A DNA stretch of 64,000 nt. Source: Thalassobaculaceae bacterium. GTDB taxonomy: Bacteria > Pseudomonadota > Alphaproteobacteria > Thalassobaculales > Thalassobaculaceae. Below are positions 48,701 through 58,205 of the stretch, piece after piece. The position numbers were made by a program, and so were the translations under genes. Where the stretch lies: positions 1,408,616 to 1,472,615 of the forward strand of contig OZ245843.1 in assembly GCA_965228875.1 (NCBI GenBank), read 5' to 3'. Within the stretch, counting starts at the first letter, position 1. The number at the start of each line of letters is the position of its first letter. The notes beneath the pieces were generated by a model. It saw only the letters and a list, made by a program, of their open reading frames with translations. It was not told the origin of the DNA and ran no database searches.

Positions 48701-51361
48701 TCAGGACAGGCCCTTCGATGCGATCTCGTAGACATCCTTGGACAGATTGGGCTGCTGCACGATGCGGCGCAATGCAGCAGTCATCGCCTCGGCCCGGTCG
48801 CTGTCGAACCGCCGCCAACGCACCAGCGACTGGCACAGGCGCGCGGCGACCTGCGGGTTCAACCGGTCGATGGTCAGGACCTCGTCGGCGATGAAGGCGT
48901 AGCCGGAGCCGTCGCGGGCGTGGAAGCGCACCGGATTGCCCATGGTGAAGCCGCCGACCAGCGCCCGGATGCGGTTCGGATTGGACCGGTCGAACCTGGG
49001 GTGCCCCTGAAGCTCCCTCACCCGCTCCAGCGTCCCCGGCAGGGAGGACGACGCCTCGAGCGTGAACCACTTGTCGAGGACCAGCGGCGTGTCCTGCCAG
49101 CGGTCGTGGAACGCCTGCAGCCCCTCCAGCCGCTCGGGGCAGTCGGTGTCGTTCAGGGCGGCGAGCGCCCCCATCATATCGGTCATCGACGCCGCGTCCC
49201 GCCACTGACCGGCGGCCCGCGCCCGTCCCTCATCCCGACCCGAGGCGACCAGATAGTGCAGCGCCCGGTTGCGCAACGCCCGTCGGCCCATGGCCCCGGT
49301 CGACAGGTCTTCGGCCGCCGTTTCGCGCGACAGGCGATCGTAGAACTCGTGCCAGGTGTCGAACAGGGCATCGCCGAGCGTGCGGATGGCGTCGCTGCGC
49401 GCGGTGTGCACCTCGTCCACCCGCCACACATCCATCGCCTGGCCGAGCATCGACTCGCCCGGCAGCGTCAGGAGTTCCGCCAGGAAGGCCGGTTCCAGAC
49501 GCTCGTCGTCCAGGCAATCGCGCACCGCGCCGAGGACGGCGGCGTCCAACGGCTGGGCCTGTCCGGCGCGCAGGGCCTCCACCATCGCCAGGATGGCGCG
49601 GGTCGACAGCGTCTGAAGCGCCTCCCAACGGGAGAACGCATCGTCGTCGGCCCCGGCCAGGAACGCCAGATCGGCGTCCCGGTAGCCGGCGGACAGCTTG
49701 ACCGGCGCCGAGAACCCGCGCAGCAGCGAGGGGACGGCACCGGGCGGTACGCCGTCGAACGCGACGCGCCGGCGCTCCTCGTCGAGCACCAGCACCGTCT
49801 CCTCGCCGGCCGCTTCCCCGTCCACCGTGAGTGGCAGGCGCTGGCCGTTGGCGCCGATCAGGGCGGTGCGGACAGGGATGACGACCGGTTGCTTCTCCGC
49901 CTGCCCGGGCGTCGGCGAGGTCGCCTGTGTCAGATCCAGCGTCAGGCGTCGGCCGGCCTCGTCATAGGTCCAGTCCGCGGTGACCCTCGGCGTCCCGGCC
50001 TGGGCGTACCACCGCTTGAAGCGGGTGAGATCGACGCCGCTGGCGTCCTGCATGGCGGCGACGAAGTCGTCGCAGGTCACGGCCTGACCGTCGTGCCGCT
50101 CGACATAAAGGTCCATGCCCTTGCGGAACCCCTCGGGCCCGAGCAGCGTGTGGATCATCCGCACCACCTCGGCCCCCTTCTCGTAGACCGTGACGGTGTA
50201 GAAGTTGTTAATCTCGATATAGCTGTCGGGACGGACCGGGTGGGCGGTCGGCCCGCCATCCTCGGGGAACTGCGTCGCCCGCAGAAGCCGTACGTCGCCG
50301 ACGCGTTTCACGCCGCGGTCATGGGTGTCGGCGGAGAACTCCTGATCCCGGAAGACCGTCAGGCCCTCCTTCAGCGAAAGCTGGAACCAGTCGCGGCAGG
50401 TGATCCGGTTGCCGGTCCAGTTGTGGAAATACTCATGGGCGACGATCGCCTCGATCCGCTGGAAATCCGCGTCCGTCGCCGTGTTCACATCGGCAAGAAT
50501 GAATTTATCATTGAATATATTCAGACCTTTATTCTCCATTGCTCCCATATTGAACGAAGAAACAGCGACGATCATGAAGATGTCGAGATCGTACTCGAAA
50601 CCGTACACCTCCTCGTCCCACGCCATGGAGCGCTTCAGCGAGTCCATGGCGTGGCCGGTCCGCCCCTCATTGCCAGGCTCGACATAGATCTCCAGCGCCA
50701 CCTCGCGGCCGGAGCGGGTGGTGAAGCGGTCGCGATCGACCATCAGGTCGCCCGCCACCATCGCGAACAGATAGGCCGGCTTCGGGTATGGATCGTGCCA
50801 CACGGCGTAGTGGTGGCCGCCGTCCAGGTCGCCGGTCTCGATGCGGTTGCCGTTCGCCAGAAGGATCGGAAAGCGCGCCTTCTCCGCCTCGATACGGACG
50901 GTGTAGACCGCCATGACGTCGGGTCGATCGGGGAAGTAGGTGATGCGGCGGAACCCCTCCGCCTCGCACTGGGTGCAGTACAGGCCGCCGGCCTTGTAGA
51001 GGCCCTCGAGCCGGGTGTTATCCTGGGGCCGGATTCGGCCCTCGATCTCGAGGGTGAAGCTCTCGCCGACATCCGGAACGACGATGCCCTCGGCCTCAAG
51101 GCGCCACTCTCCCGCGCCCAGGCGGCGGCCGTCGAGGGTCAGCGAGACCAGATCCTGATCCTCGCCGTCGAGGTGCAGATCCGCCGGGCCGCTCCCCGAG
51201 TCCGGGTTTCGCCGTCCGACCAGACGGCTCGTCACCTCCGTCACCTCGTCGCCGAGCCGCACGCTCAGGTCGATCGTGTCGATCAGGTGGCTCGGCGGGG
51301 CGTAGTCCTTGAGGAAGATCGTGCTCGGTTGGGTCTTCGGGTCGGCGTCGGCGCGGTCCAT
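48701..51361 (-). CDS. pepN: Aminopeptidase N
   Basis: Motifs TQCEAEGFRRIT, GAMENKGLN, HEYFHNWTGNR, LKEGLT, VYEKGAEV and NPQVAAR. Confidence 0.97.
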   Translation of the reverse strand: MDRADADPKTQPSTIFLKDYAPPSHLIDTIDLSVRLGDEVTEVTSRLVGRRNPDSGSGPADLHLDGEDQDLVSLTLDGRRLGAGEWRLEAEGIVVPDVGESFTLEIEGRIRPQDNTRLEGLYKAGGLYCTQCEAEGFRRITYFPDRPDVMAVYTVRIEAEKARFPILLANGNRIETGDLDGGHHYAVWHDPYPKPAYLFAMVAGDLMVDRDRFTTRSGREVALEIYVEPGNEGRTGHAMDSLKRSMAWDEEVYGFEYDLDIFMIVAVSSFNMGAMENKGLNIFNDKFILADVNTATDADFQRIEAIVAHEYFHNWTGNRITCRDWFQLSLKEGLTVFRDQEFSADTHDRGVKRVGDVRLLRATQFPEDGGPTAHPVRPDSYIEINNFYTVTVYEKGAEVVRMIHTLLGPEGFRKGMDLYVERHDGQAVTCDDFVAAMQDASGVDLTRFKRWYAQAGTPRVTADWTYDEAGRRLTLDLTQATSPTPGQAEKQPVVIPVRTALIGANGQRLPLTVDGEAAGEETVLVLDEERRRVAFDGVPPGAVPSLLRGFSAPVKLSAGYRDADLAFLAGADDDAFSRWEALQTLSTRAILAMVEALRAGQAQPLDAAVLGAVRDCLDDERLEPAFLAELLTLPGESMLGQAMDVWRVDEVHTARSDAIRTLGDALFDTWHEFYDRLSRETAAEDLSTGAMGRRALRNRALHYLVASGRDEGRARAAGQWRDAASMTDMMGALAALNDTDCPERLEGLQAFHDRWQDTPLVLDKWFTLEASSSLPGTLERVRELQGHPRFDRSNPNRIRALVGGFTMGNPVRFHARDGSGYAFIADEVLTIDRLNPQVAARLCQSLVRWRRFDSDRAEAMTAALRRIVQQPNLSKDVYEIASKGLS

Positions 51362-51454
51362 GGGGAGCCTCGGGTCTCTGGGCCTCGGGTCGGGGCCCGG
51401 GGGCTTGGGCCTCGTATTTGGGCCTGGGTCAGGGAGAAACCTGAAGAAGCCGGT

Positions 51455-52231
51455 TCAGTTGGCCATCCAGCCGCCGTCCACCAGCAGGTTCTCCCCGGTA
51501 ATGTAGCTCGCTTCGTCGCTCGCCAGGAACAACGCTGCGTTCGCCACGTCGCCCGGTCGGCCGAGACGCGGCCACGGCGTGCGGGAATGGGAGTATTCCA
51601 GCATCTCCGGCGCGATGGCGCGGCCGGTCTTTCCGGTCAGGATCTTTCCCGGCGCCACGGCATTGCAGACGATCCCGTGCTCGGCGTAGTCGCCGGCGAT
51701 CTGACGGGTCATGTATACGACGGCCGCCTTGCCGACGCCGTAGGCGAAATCGTTGGGCGCGCGGATCATGCCATGCTGGGAGGAGATGTTGACGATCCGG
51801 CCCCGCACCTCGCCGCCGTCCCTCGGGTCCTGCCCCATCATCTGCCGCACCGCCGCCCGGCAGCCGAGAAACACGCCCTTGGCATTGACGGCCATCACCC
51901 GGTCGAAATCCGCCTCCGAGGTCTCGTGCAGCGGCGTGTCGGTCCCGATGGCGGCGTTGTTGACCATCACGTCGAGCCGACCGCCGAGCGCCACGGCCCG
52001 AGCGACCGCCGCGTCCAGGTCGGCGGCACGCGTGACGTCGCAGTTCAGGAACTCGGCGCGGCCGCCGGCTGCCCGGATCGCTTCCACGGTCGGGGTCCCC
52101 CTCTCCCGCGGTTCCTCGGTCACATCGGCGACGACAACGGTCGCCCCTTCCTCGGCGAAGCGCAATGCGATCGCCTTACCGATGCCGCCGCCGGCTCCGG
52201 TCACGATGGCAGTCCGGCTAGCTAGGCGCAT
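51455..52231 (-). CDS. SDR family oxidoreductase
   Basis: Motifs TGAGGGIG, NNAA, YGVGK and VDGGW. Confidence 0.92.
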   Translation of the reverse strand: MRLASRTAIVTGAGGGIGKAIALRFAEEGATVVVADVTEEPRERGTPTVEAIRAAGGRAEFLNCDVTRAADLDAAVARAVALGGRLDVMVNNAAIGTDTPLHETSEADFDRVMAVNAKGVFLGCRAAVRQMMGQDPRDGGEVRGRIVNISSQHGMIRAPNDFAYGVGKAAVVYMTRQIAGDYAEHGIVCNAVAPGKILTGKTGRAIAPEMLEYSHSRTPWPRLGRPGDVANAALFLASDEASYITGENLLVDGGWMAN

Positions 52232-52354
52232 GGTGGCTCCTGTCAGATCGCGACGGGCACGCGGGCTTGCGGGTTCAGAACGGAACCTGCAAGCCCGACG
52301 TCATCCGCTTCCCGATTCCTTGCGGGGCCGGGAACCATATGAAAGGGCGGAAGC

Positions 52355-54073
52355 CTACCGCCCCTCGGCCAGGGCCGTCTCGCGGATGGCGGACAGCGAC
52401 TTCGCGACGGTCAGCGCTTCCGGATCGACCTGGATCTCGATAAGCGCCGGGGTACCCGCCTCTCTGGCCCGCTCGAAGGCAGGCGCGAAATCGGCCGTGC
52501 GGGTCACCGTCTCGCCATGGGCGCCATAGGCCCGGGCCAGCGCCGCGAAGTCCGGATTGTGCAGGCCGGTGCCGCTGACCCGTCCGGGATACTCGCGCTC
52601 CTGGTGCATGCGGATCGTGCCGTACATCCCGTTGTTCACCACGATGAAGATGGTGTTGGCCCCGTACTGGACGGCCGTGGCCAGTTCCTGGCCGTGCATC
52701 ATGTAGCAGCCGTCGCCGTTGAACGAGACCACCGTCCGCTCGGGATGCACCAGCTTGGCCGCGACGCCCGCCGGCACCCCGTAGCCCATCGAGCCGGAAG
52801 TCGGCGCCAGACAGGAACGCCAGCCCTTGTACCCGTAGTACCGGTGCACCCAGGTCGCGTAATTGCCGGCGCCGTTGGTGACGATCGAGTCCTCCGGCAG
52901 CACCTCGTCGAGGTACTTGACGATCTCGGCCATCTGCACGTCGCCGGGGCCGTGGATGACGGTCCGCGTCGCCTCGTACTCCGAGCGCGCCACCTTGGTG
53001 TCCTCGGCCCAGGCGGAGGAGTCGACCGGTTCCATCTCCGAGGCAGCCTTGAAGAAGCTGCGCTGGCTGGCGTTGATCAGCAGGTCGCCCTGGTACACGC
53101 GACCAAGTTCGTCGGCTCCGGCATGGACATGGACCAGTCCCTGGCGCGGGCGCGGGATGTCCAGCAGCGAATAGCCGCTGGTCGTCATCTCGCCCAGCCG
53201 CGAACCGACGACGATCAGCAGGTCGGACTCGCTCACCCGCGCGCCGAGCCGGGGGTCGATGCCGATGCCCACATGACCGACATAGTTCGGGTGGCGGTTG
53301 TCGAGATAGTCCTGGCAGCGGAAGGAGGCCCCCACCGGCAGGTGGTTCGCCTCGGCGAAGCGGGCGAGATCGGCGGCGACCCCCTCGTCCCAGCCACCGC
53401 CGCCAACGATGACCAGCGGCTTCTTCGCCTTGGCCAGCAGATCGCGGAACCGGGCCATGTCCTCTGAACCGACATGCGGTTCGGTGCGCTTGTAGGCATC
53501 GAACTCGCCGGTCTCGGCCCGCTCGGTCAGCATGTCCTCCGGCAGGGCGAGGACCACCGGGCCCGGACGGCCCGACGTGGCGGTGTGGTAGGCCCGACTG
53601 ACATACTCTGGTATGCGCGCGGGGTCATCGATCTGCGCCACCCACTTGCACAGCTGGCCGAACATGCGCCGGTAATCGACCTCCTGGAAGGCTTCGCGGT
53701 CGAACATGTCCCGCCCGACCTGACCGACCAGCAGGATCATCGGCGTACTGTCCTGCATGGCGATATGGACGCCGGCGCTGGCGTTCGTAGCCCCCGGCCC
53801 GCGTGTGACCATACAGATCCCCGGCTTGCCGGTGAGCTTGCCGTAGGCCTCGGCCATCATCGCGGCGCCACCTTCCTGGCGGCAGACGATAGTCTTGATC
53901 TCCGGAGCGTCGACCAGCCCGTCCAGGACCGCCAGGTAGCTTTCTCCCGGAACTGCGAAAGCCAGATCGGCGCCGTGCGCACGCAGGCTCTCGACCAGGA
54001 TGTGACCGCCGATGCGGCCGGCGTTGCGCCGGCCTTCGACGGCGTGTTCAGTGCTCGATGGGTTCGTCGACAT
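52355..54073 (-). CDS. Thiamine pyrophosphate-binding enzyme (acetolactate synthase-like)
   Basis: Motifs VPGESYL, RQEGGAAMMA, TRGPGATN and GSMGYG, plus the GDG...VNN TPP motif. Confidence 0.92.
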   Translation of the reverse strand: MSTNPSSTEHAVEGRRNAGRIGGHILVESLRAHGADLAFAVPGESYLAVLDGLVDAPEIKTIVCRQEGGAAMMAEAYGKLTGKPGICMVTRGPGATNASAGVHIAMQDSTPMILLVGQVGRDMFDREAFQEVDYRRMFGQLCKWVAQIDDPARIPEYVSRAYHTATSGRPGPVVLALPEDMLTERAETGEFDAYKRTEPHVGSEDMARFRDLLAKAKKPLVIVGGGGWDEGVAADLARFAEANHLPVGASFRCQDYLDNRHPNYVGHVGIGIDPRLGARVSESDLLIVVGSRLGEMTTSGYSLLDIPRPRQGLVHVHAGADELGRVYQGDLLINASQRSFFKAASEMEPVDSSAWAEDTKVARSEYEATRTVIHGPGDVQMAEIVKYLDEVLPEDSIVTNGAGNYATWVHRYYGYKGWRSCLAPTSGSMGYGVPAGVAAKLVHPERTVVSFNGDGCYMMHGQELATAVQYGANTIFIVVNNGMYGTIRMHQEREYPGRVSGTGLHNPDFAALARAYGAHGETVTRTADFAPAFERAREAGTPALIEIQVDPEALTVAKSLSAIRETALAEGR

Positions 54074-54713
54074 AATGCTGATACCGTTGTGACTTGGGCT
54101 TGTCGTTGTCTTCGGGGTTCACGTACTGGATCGAGCTCTTCCCGCGCAGGTCGGCGGGCAGGACCATGACCCTCACGAATTTGGTGCACTGGTCGGTGCA
54201 GGCCTGGGCGTAGACCGGCTCCGAGCCGACCTCGAACCAGGCCTCGCCGGGACCGTATTCCTTGCTTCGCCCGGCGGTGTCGATCCGGATCTTGCCGTCG
54301 CGCAGGCAGCGAATTCCCGGCCCCTGGTGGGTGTGGGCAAAGGCCTGCCCGCCCATGGGAAACTTCACAGCGTCGCAGCGCAGGATCCAGTCGCCCGTCG
54401 GGTCCGGCCCGTCGAGTTCGGATTCCACCGTCAGTTCCGACGTCACACCGGTCCCGGCGGCCAGCCGCGCTTCGGCGTCGTCGGCTGCGAGTTCGTACCG
54501 CCAGATGACCGCGCCGTCCTCGCCGGCCCGCACGGACACCTCACCGGACCCGAACCAGGCCCGGTCCTCGCCGATCGGATCGCCGTCGCCGACGACGAAC
54601 GAGCCTTCGCGGCAGTACAAGACGCGGTTGAGAGCCGGCAACGCCTCGAAAAACGCGGCCCCCGGCGCCAACCGATCGACGATGTGGCGGAGCTTGTACC
54701 CCGTTCTCGACAT
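54048..54713 (-). CDS. Cupin-like hypothetical protein
   Basis: C-terminal cupin-like AHTHQGPGIRCL...GEAWFE. GGGAGG RBS. Confidence 0.7.
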   Translation of the reverse strand: MSRTGYKLRHIVDRLAPGAAFFEALPALNRVLYCREGSFVVGDGDPIGEDRAWFGSGEVSVRAGEDGAVIWRYELAADDAEARLAAGTGVTSELTVESELDGPDPTGDWILRCDAVKFPMGGQAFAHTHQGPGIRCLRDGKIRIDTAGRSKEYGPGEAWFEVGSEPVYAQACTDQCTKFVRVMVLPADLRGKSSIQYVNPEDNDKPKSQRYQHYVDEPIEH

Positions 54714-54747
54714 CGTATCCTCCCTGAGACCCTCTGGTCTTCTCTAC

Positions 54748-55395
54748 TCAAGACTGGCTCTGCACGCTGCCGCGCTCGATCACGTAGGTCCGATCGAGCA
54801 GGCCGCGCAGATGGGTATCGTTGGACTCAGCGATCAGGACCGACAACCCCTCTTGTTTCAAGTCCGATAGAACATCGACCATGCGCCGGGCAAGGACCGG
54901 GGCGATCCCCTCGGTTGGCTCGTCCAGGAGCAGCAACCGCTCGCCGACCATCAGCGCCCTGGCGAGCGCCACCAGCTTCTGCTGTCCGCCGGACAGGCTG
55001 GTGGACGGACGGTCCCGGAATTCCTCGGCTTCCGGGATGAGGCGATACACCCAGGCGAGCCGGTCCTCGGCGTCAGGGATGTCTGTCGACCACACCGGCA
55101 GCAGGACATTCTCCTCCGCCGTCAGCGCCGGCACCAATTTGCGGTCCTCCGGCATATAACCAATGCCGAAACGCGCACGCTGGAAATCGGCGACCTTCAC
55201 CAGATCGTGGTGGTCGAAGCCGATGCTGCCGGCCGACGCCTTGAGCAGTCCCATCACGCTGCGCATGAAGGTCGTCTTGCCGGCACCGTTGCGCCCGATC
55301 AGGCCGCACATGGCGCCGGTCGGCACCTCGAGCGAAACCTGTCGCAGGATCGGGATCGGTCCGATATCGACGTCAAGCCCCTGTACGTTAAGCAT
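54748..55395 (-). CDS. ABC transporter ATP-binding protein (LivF-like)
   Basis: Motifs GRNGAGKTT, LSGGQ and LLLDEP. Confidence 0.93.
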   Translation of the reverse strand: MLNVQGLDVDIGPIPILRQVSLEVPTGAMCGLIGRNGAGKTTFMRSVMGLLKASAGSIGFDHHDLVKVADFQRARFGIGYMPEDRKLVPALTAEENVLLPVWSTDIPDAEDRLAWVYRLIPEAEEFRDRPSTSLSGGQQKLVALARALMVGERLLLLDEPTEGIAPVLARRMVDVLSDLKQEGLSVLIAESNDTHLRGLLDRTYVIERGSVQSQS

Positions 55396-56209
55396 CTTCG
55401 CCCCCCGCGCGGGTGCCGTCTCGTTCGGCCTGGGCCGCCTTCTCGCGCATCATCTGTCCCTGCGGCTCGTCGCCGATCACGAACTCGATCACCTTCGGAT
55501 CGACCAGGGCCTCCGCCGGCGGCGCGTCGCAGATGATCTCGCCCTGATAAAAGGCCAGCACCCGTCCGACATAGCGTTCGACGATCTCCATGTCGTGCTC
55601 GACGAACAGAACGGTCACCCCGTCCTCCCGCAGCGCCGACATCACAATGTCCATCAGGCCGAACTTCTCCTCGACCGAGATGCCCGAGGTCGGTTCGTCC
55701 AGCAGCAGGATCTTGGGTTGCGCGACCATGGCCATGGCGATGTCGAGCAGCTTGCGGATGCCCTGGGGCAGCGTGCTCGCGATCTGGTCGCGGTAGTCCT
55801 CGATCCGGTAGCGCCGCAGGATCGCGTCGGCCCGCGCTTCCCGCTCCGCCAGCCGCAGGGGACGCAGGGCGCCGAGACCATGGCTGTCGGCGATGCCGAG
55901 GGCGATCATCAGGTTGTCGAACACCGTGGCGGTCATGAACACCTGGGCGACCTGGAACGACCGGCAGATCCCCATCCGGGTGATCCGGCGCGGCGCCAGC
56001 CCGGTGATGTCGCGCCCGTCGAACCGGATGGTGCCCGAACTCGGCGGCAGCCAGCCGGTCACCATGTTCACGAAGGTGGTCTTGCCGGCCCCGTTGGCAC
56101 CGATGATGCCGACGATCTCGTCCTTCTCGACCGAGACGTCGATGTCCTTGGCCGCGGTCACCGCGCCGAAGGTCTTGTTCAGTCCGCTCGCCTCCAGGAT
56201 TGCGGTCAT
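55388..56209 (-). CDS. ABC transporter ATP-binding protein (LivG-like)
   Basis: Motifs GANGAGKTT, RSFQ, LLLDEPTSG and VEHDM. ATG at 56209. Confidence 0.93.
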   Translation of the reverse strand: MTAILEASGLNKTFGAVTAAKDIDVSVEKDEIVGIIGANGAGKTTFVNMVTGWLPPSSGTIRFDGRDITGLAPRRITRMGICRSFQVAQVFMTATVFDNLMIALGIADSHGLGALRPLRLAEREARADAILRRYRIEDYRDQIASTLPQGIRKLLDIAMAMVAQPKILLLDEPTSGISVEEKFGLMDIVMSALREDGVTVLFVEHDMEIVERYVGRVLAFYQGEIICDAPPAEALVDPKVIEFVIGDEPQGQMMREKAAQAERDGTRAGGEDA

Positions 56210-57171
56210 GGCTGCGCCTCCCGTCGTCCGGCCAGTCTGCTGATGACCGACCACACGCCGCCCGGCAGGAAGAAGATGATCAGAAGAAGCGTACCGCCGA
56301 CGATCAGCTGCCAGGCGTAGGGGAACCACTCGAAGGCGTAGGTCCGCAGGAGCTCGAAGATCAGCGAACCGATGAACGGCGCCGCCACGCTTCCGGGCCC
56401 GGACAGGATGGTGACGAACACCAGTTCGCCCGACACCGTCCAGTTGACCATCGATTCCGGATCGACCTGACCGAGGGACAGCGCCATGAACCCGCCGCCG
56501 AGCCCGGTCAGCGCCGCCGACATCACGTATTTTCCGTGGATCGCCTCGGCCACCGAGTAGCCGAGGTATTCGACCCGGATCTCGTTGTCGCGGACGGCGG
56601 TGGTCAGACTGCCCAGCACCGAACCGAGATAGCGGTGCACCAGCACGGCGACCAACCAACCGACGGCGCAGACTCCGAGGAACAGGGCCGTCAGCTTGGT
56701 CCCGGCATCGTCGGTTCCAATGCCGAACAGGGTGGGCTGCATGACGCTGAAACCGTCCGTCGAGCCCAGGGCCTCGGTCTTCACCAGGATCCCGAACAGC
56801 ACCATGGAGAACGCCAGGTTCAGCATGGCGAAGAAGATCTCGCGGTATTTTCGGATGATGAAGCCGAGCGCGAAGCCGACCAGGGCCGACACCAGCGCCG
56901 CCGCCGGCAGCGTCACCAGCACCTCGGAAATGGCGAGTTCCTTGCCCAGCAGAGCCACGGTGTAGGCACCGAGGCCGAAATACAGCGCATGTCCGAAGGA
57001 GACGAGGCCGGTGCGCCACAGCACCAGCAGGCCGACGACGGCCAGTGCGCGGGAGAAGGCGATCAGGGTCTGGCTCAACAGCCAGTCCGGCAGCACCGCG
57101 ACGCCGAGCACGGCGACCAGCACGAAGCCGACCGTCAGGCCGACAATGGTCCGACCCAGGGTCTGTGTCAT
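56206..57171 (-). CDS. Branched-chain amino acid-type ABC permease (LivM-like)
   Basis: Motifs GLVSFGHALYFGLGAY, FFAMLNLA and RDNEIR. Confidence 0.9.
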   Translation of the reverse strand: MTQTLGRTIVGLTVGFVLVAVLGVAVLPDWLLSQTLIAFSRALAVVGLLVLWRTGLVSFGHALYFGLGAYTVALLGKELAISEVLVTLPAAALVSALVGFALGFIIRKYREIFFAMLNLAFSMVLFGILVKTEALGSTDGFSVMQPTLFGIGTDDAGTKLTALFLGVCAVGWLVAVLVHRYLGSVLGSLTTAVRDNEIRVEYLGYSVAEAIHGKYVMSAALTGLGGGFMALSLGQVDPESMVNWTVSGELVFVTILSGPGSVAAPFIGSLIFELLRTYAFEWFPYAWQLIVGGTLLLIIFFLPGGVWSVISRLAGRREAQP

Positions 57172-57181
57172 CGCCGCCCCC

Positions 57182-58078
57182 TCAGATCTTGCGCGCTTTG
57201 GCGGGCGCGAACAGACCTTCCGGCCGGAAGATCAGCACCGCCGCCATGACGGCGTAGACCACGAACAGCTCGATCTCCGGCCATTGCAGCACGGCGTACG
57301 CGCGCAGGAGGCCGACCATCAGGGCGCCGATAGCCGCACCTGCGATGCTGCCCATGCCGCCGATCACCACCACCGCGAAGGACAGCACGATCACCTCGAC
57401 GCCGAAGCCGGGGGCGACGGAGATCGTCGGCGCGATATAGGCCCCGCCCAGCGCGCCGAGAACCGCGCCGGCGACGAACACGACGTAGAACACGCGCCGC
57501 ACGTTGATGCCCATGGCGATCGCCAGGTCGCTGTCGAAGATGATGGCGGTCACCAGCTTGCCCCAGTGGGTCCGGTTGAGCACCGCCCAGGATGCCAGGC
57601 CGACCACCAGACTCAGCGCGATCATGGAGAGCTTGTAACCGTCCTGATAGATGCCGCCGATCTGGACGCCCGGCATGGCGTAGGTCGGCTGAAAGGCGAA
57701 ATAGGGATCGACGCCGAACACCAGCAGGATGATGTCCTCCAACACCAGGAACAGGCCAAAGGTGGCGAGCACGATCAGCACCTCGTCGCGGCCGTACAGG
57801 TTCTTGATGATGGTGCGCTCGATCGCCGAGCCGAGAACGACTCCGACGACGAGGGCGGCGATCGGGATCGCGATCATGGTGCCCAGGTCAGACACTCCCA
57901 TGACCGAGAACTCGCCGACCAGGAACGCGCAGAGATAGGCGCCCCAGGCGTAGAACGCCCCATGCGCCACGTTGAGGATCTTCAGCACGCCGAAGATGAT
58001 CGTCAGGCCGAGCGAGACGATGAACAGGTACGACGCATAGCCCAGGCCCTCGACGAGGATCGTCAAAGCTAGGTTCAT
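57182..58078 (-). CDS. Branched-chain amino acid-type ABC permease (LivH-like)
   Basis: Motifs LGLTIIFGVLKILNVAHG and FAVVVIGGMGS. ATG at 58078. Confidence 0.9.
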   Translation of the reverse strand: MNLALTILVEGLGYASYLFIVSLGLTIIFGVLKILNVAHGAFYAWGAYLCAFLVGEFSVMGVSDLGTMIAIPIAALVVGVVLGSAIERTIIKNLYGRDEVLIVLATFGLFLVLEDIILLVFGVDPYFAFQPTYAMPGVQIGGIYQDGYKLSMIALSLVVGLASWAVLNRTHWGKLVTAIIFDSDLAIAMGINVRRVFYVVFVAGAVLGALGGAYIAPTISVAPGFGVEVIVLSFAVVVIGGMGSIAGAAIGALMVGLLRAYAVLQWPEIELFVVYAVMAAVLIFRPEGLFAPAKARKI

Positions 58079-58154
58079 GTGGCCTTTCCTCTCCGGACGG
58101 ACCGGCGGCAACCGGGTCCCGGCGACCGGTCCCGAAGGCCGGCCTCAACGGAAA

Positions 58155-58181
58155 GGGTGACGACGCGCCGCGCCGTCACCC
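58155..58181 (-). other. Intercistronic stem-loop after the SBP gene
   Basis: Inverted repeat GGGTGACG...CGTCACCC with no U-tract, at the usual position for mRNA stabilisation or attenuation in ABC operons. Confidence 0.45.
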
Positions 58182-58205
58182 CGATGCGGTCTCAGGTCGA
58201 TCGGA

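Noticed and set aside
48920..52225. 1101-aa ORF on the + strand
   Set aside because: Antisense shadow of pepN and the SDR. Long stop-free antisense frames are expected at this GC content, and it has no recognisable motifs.
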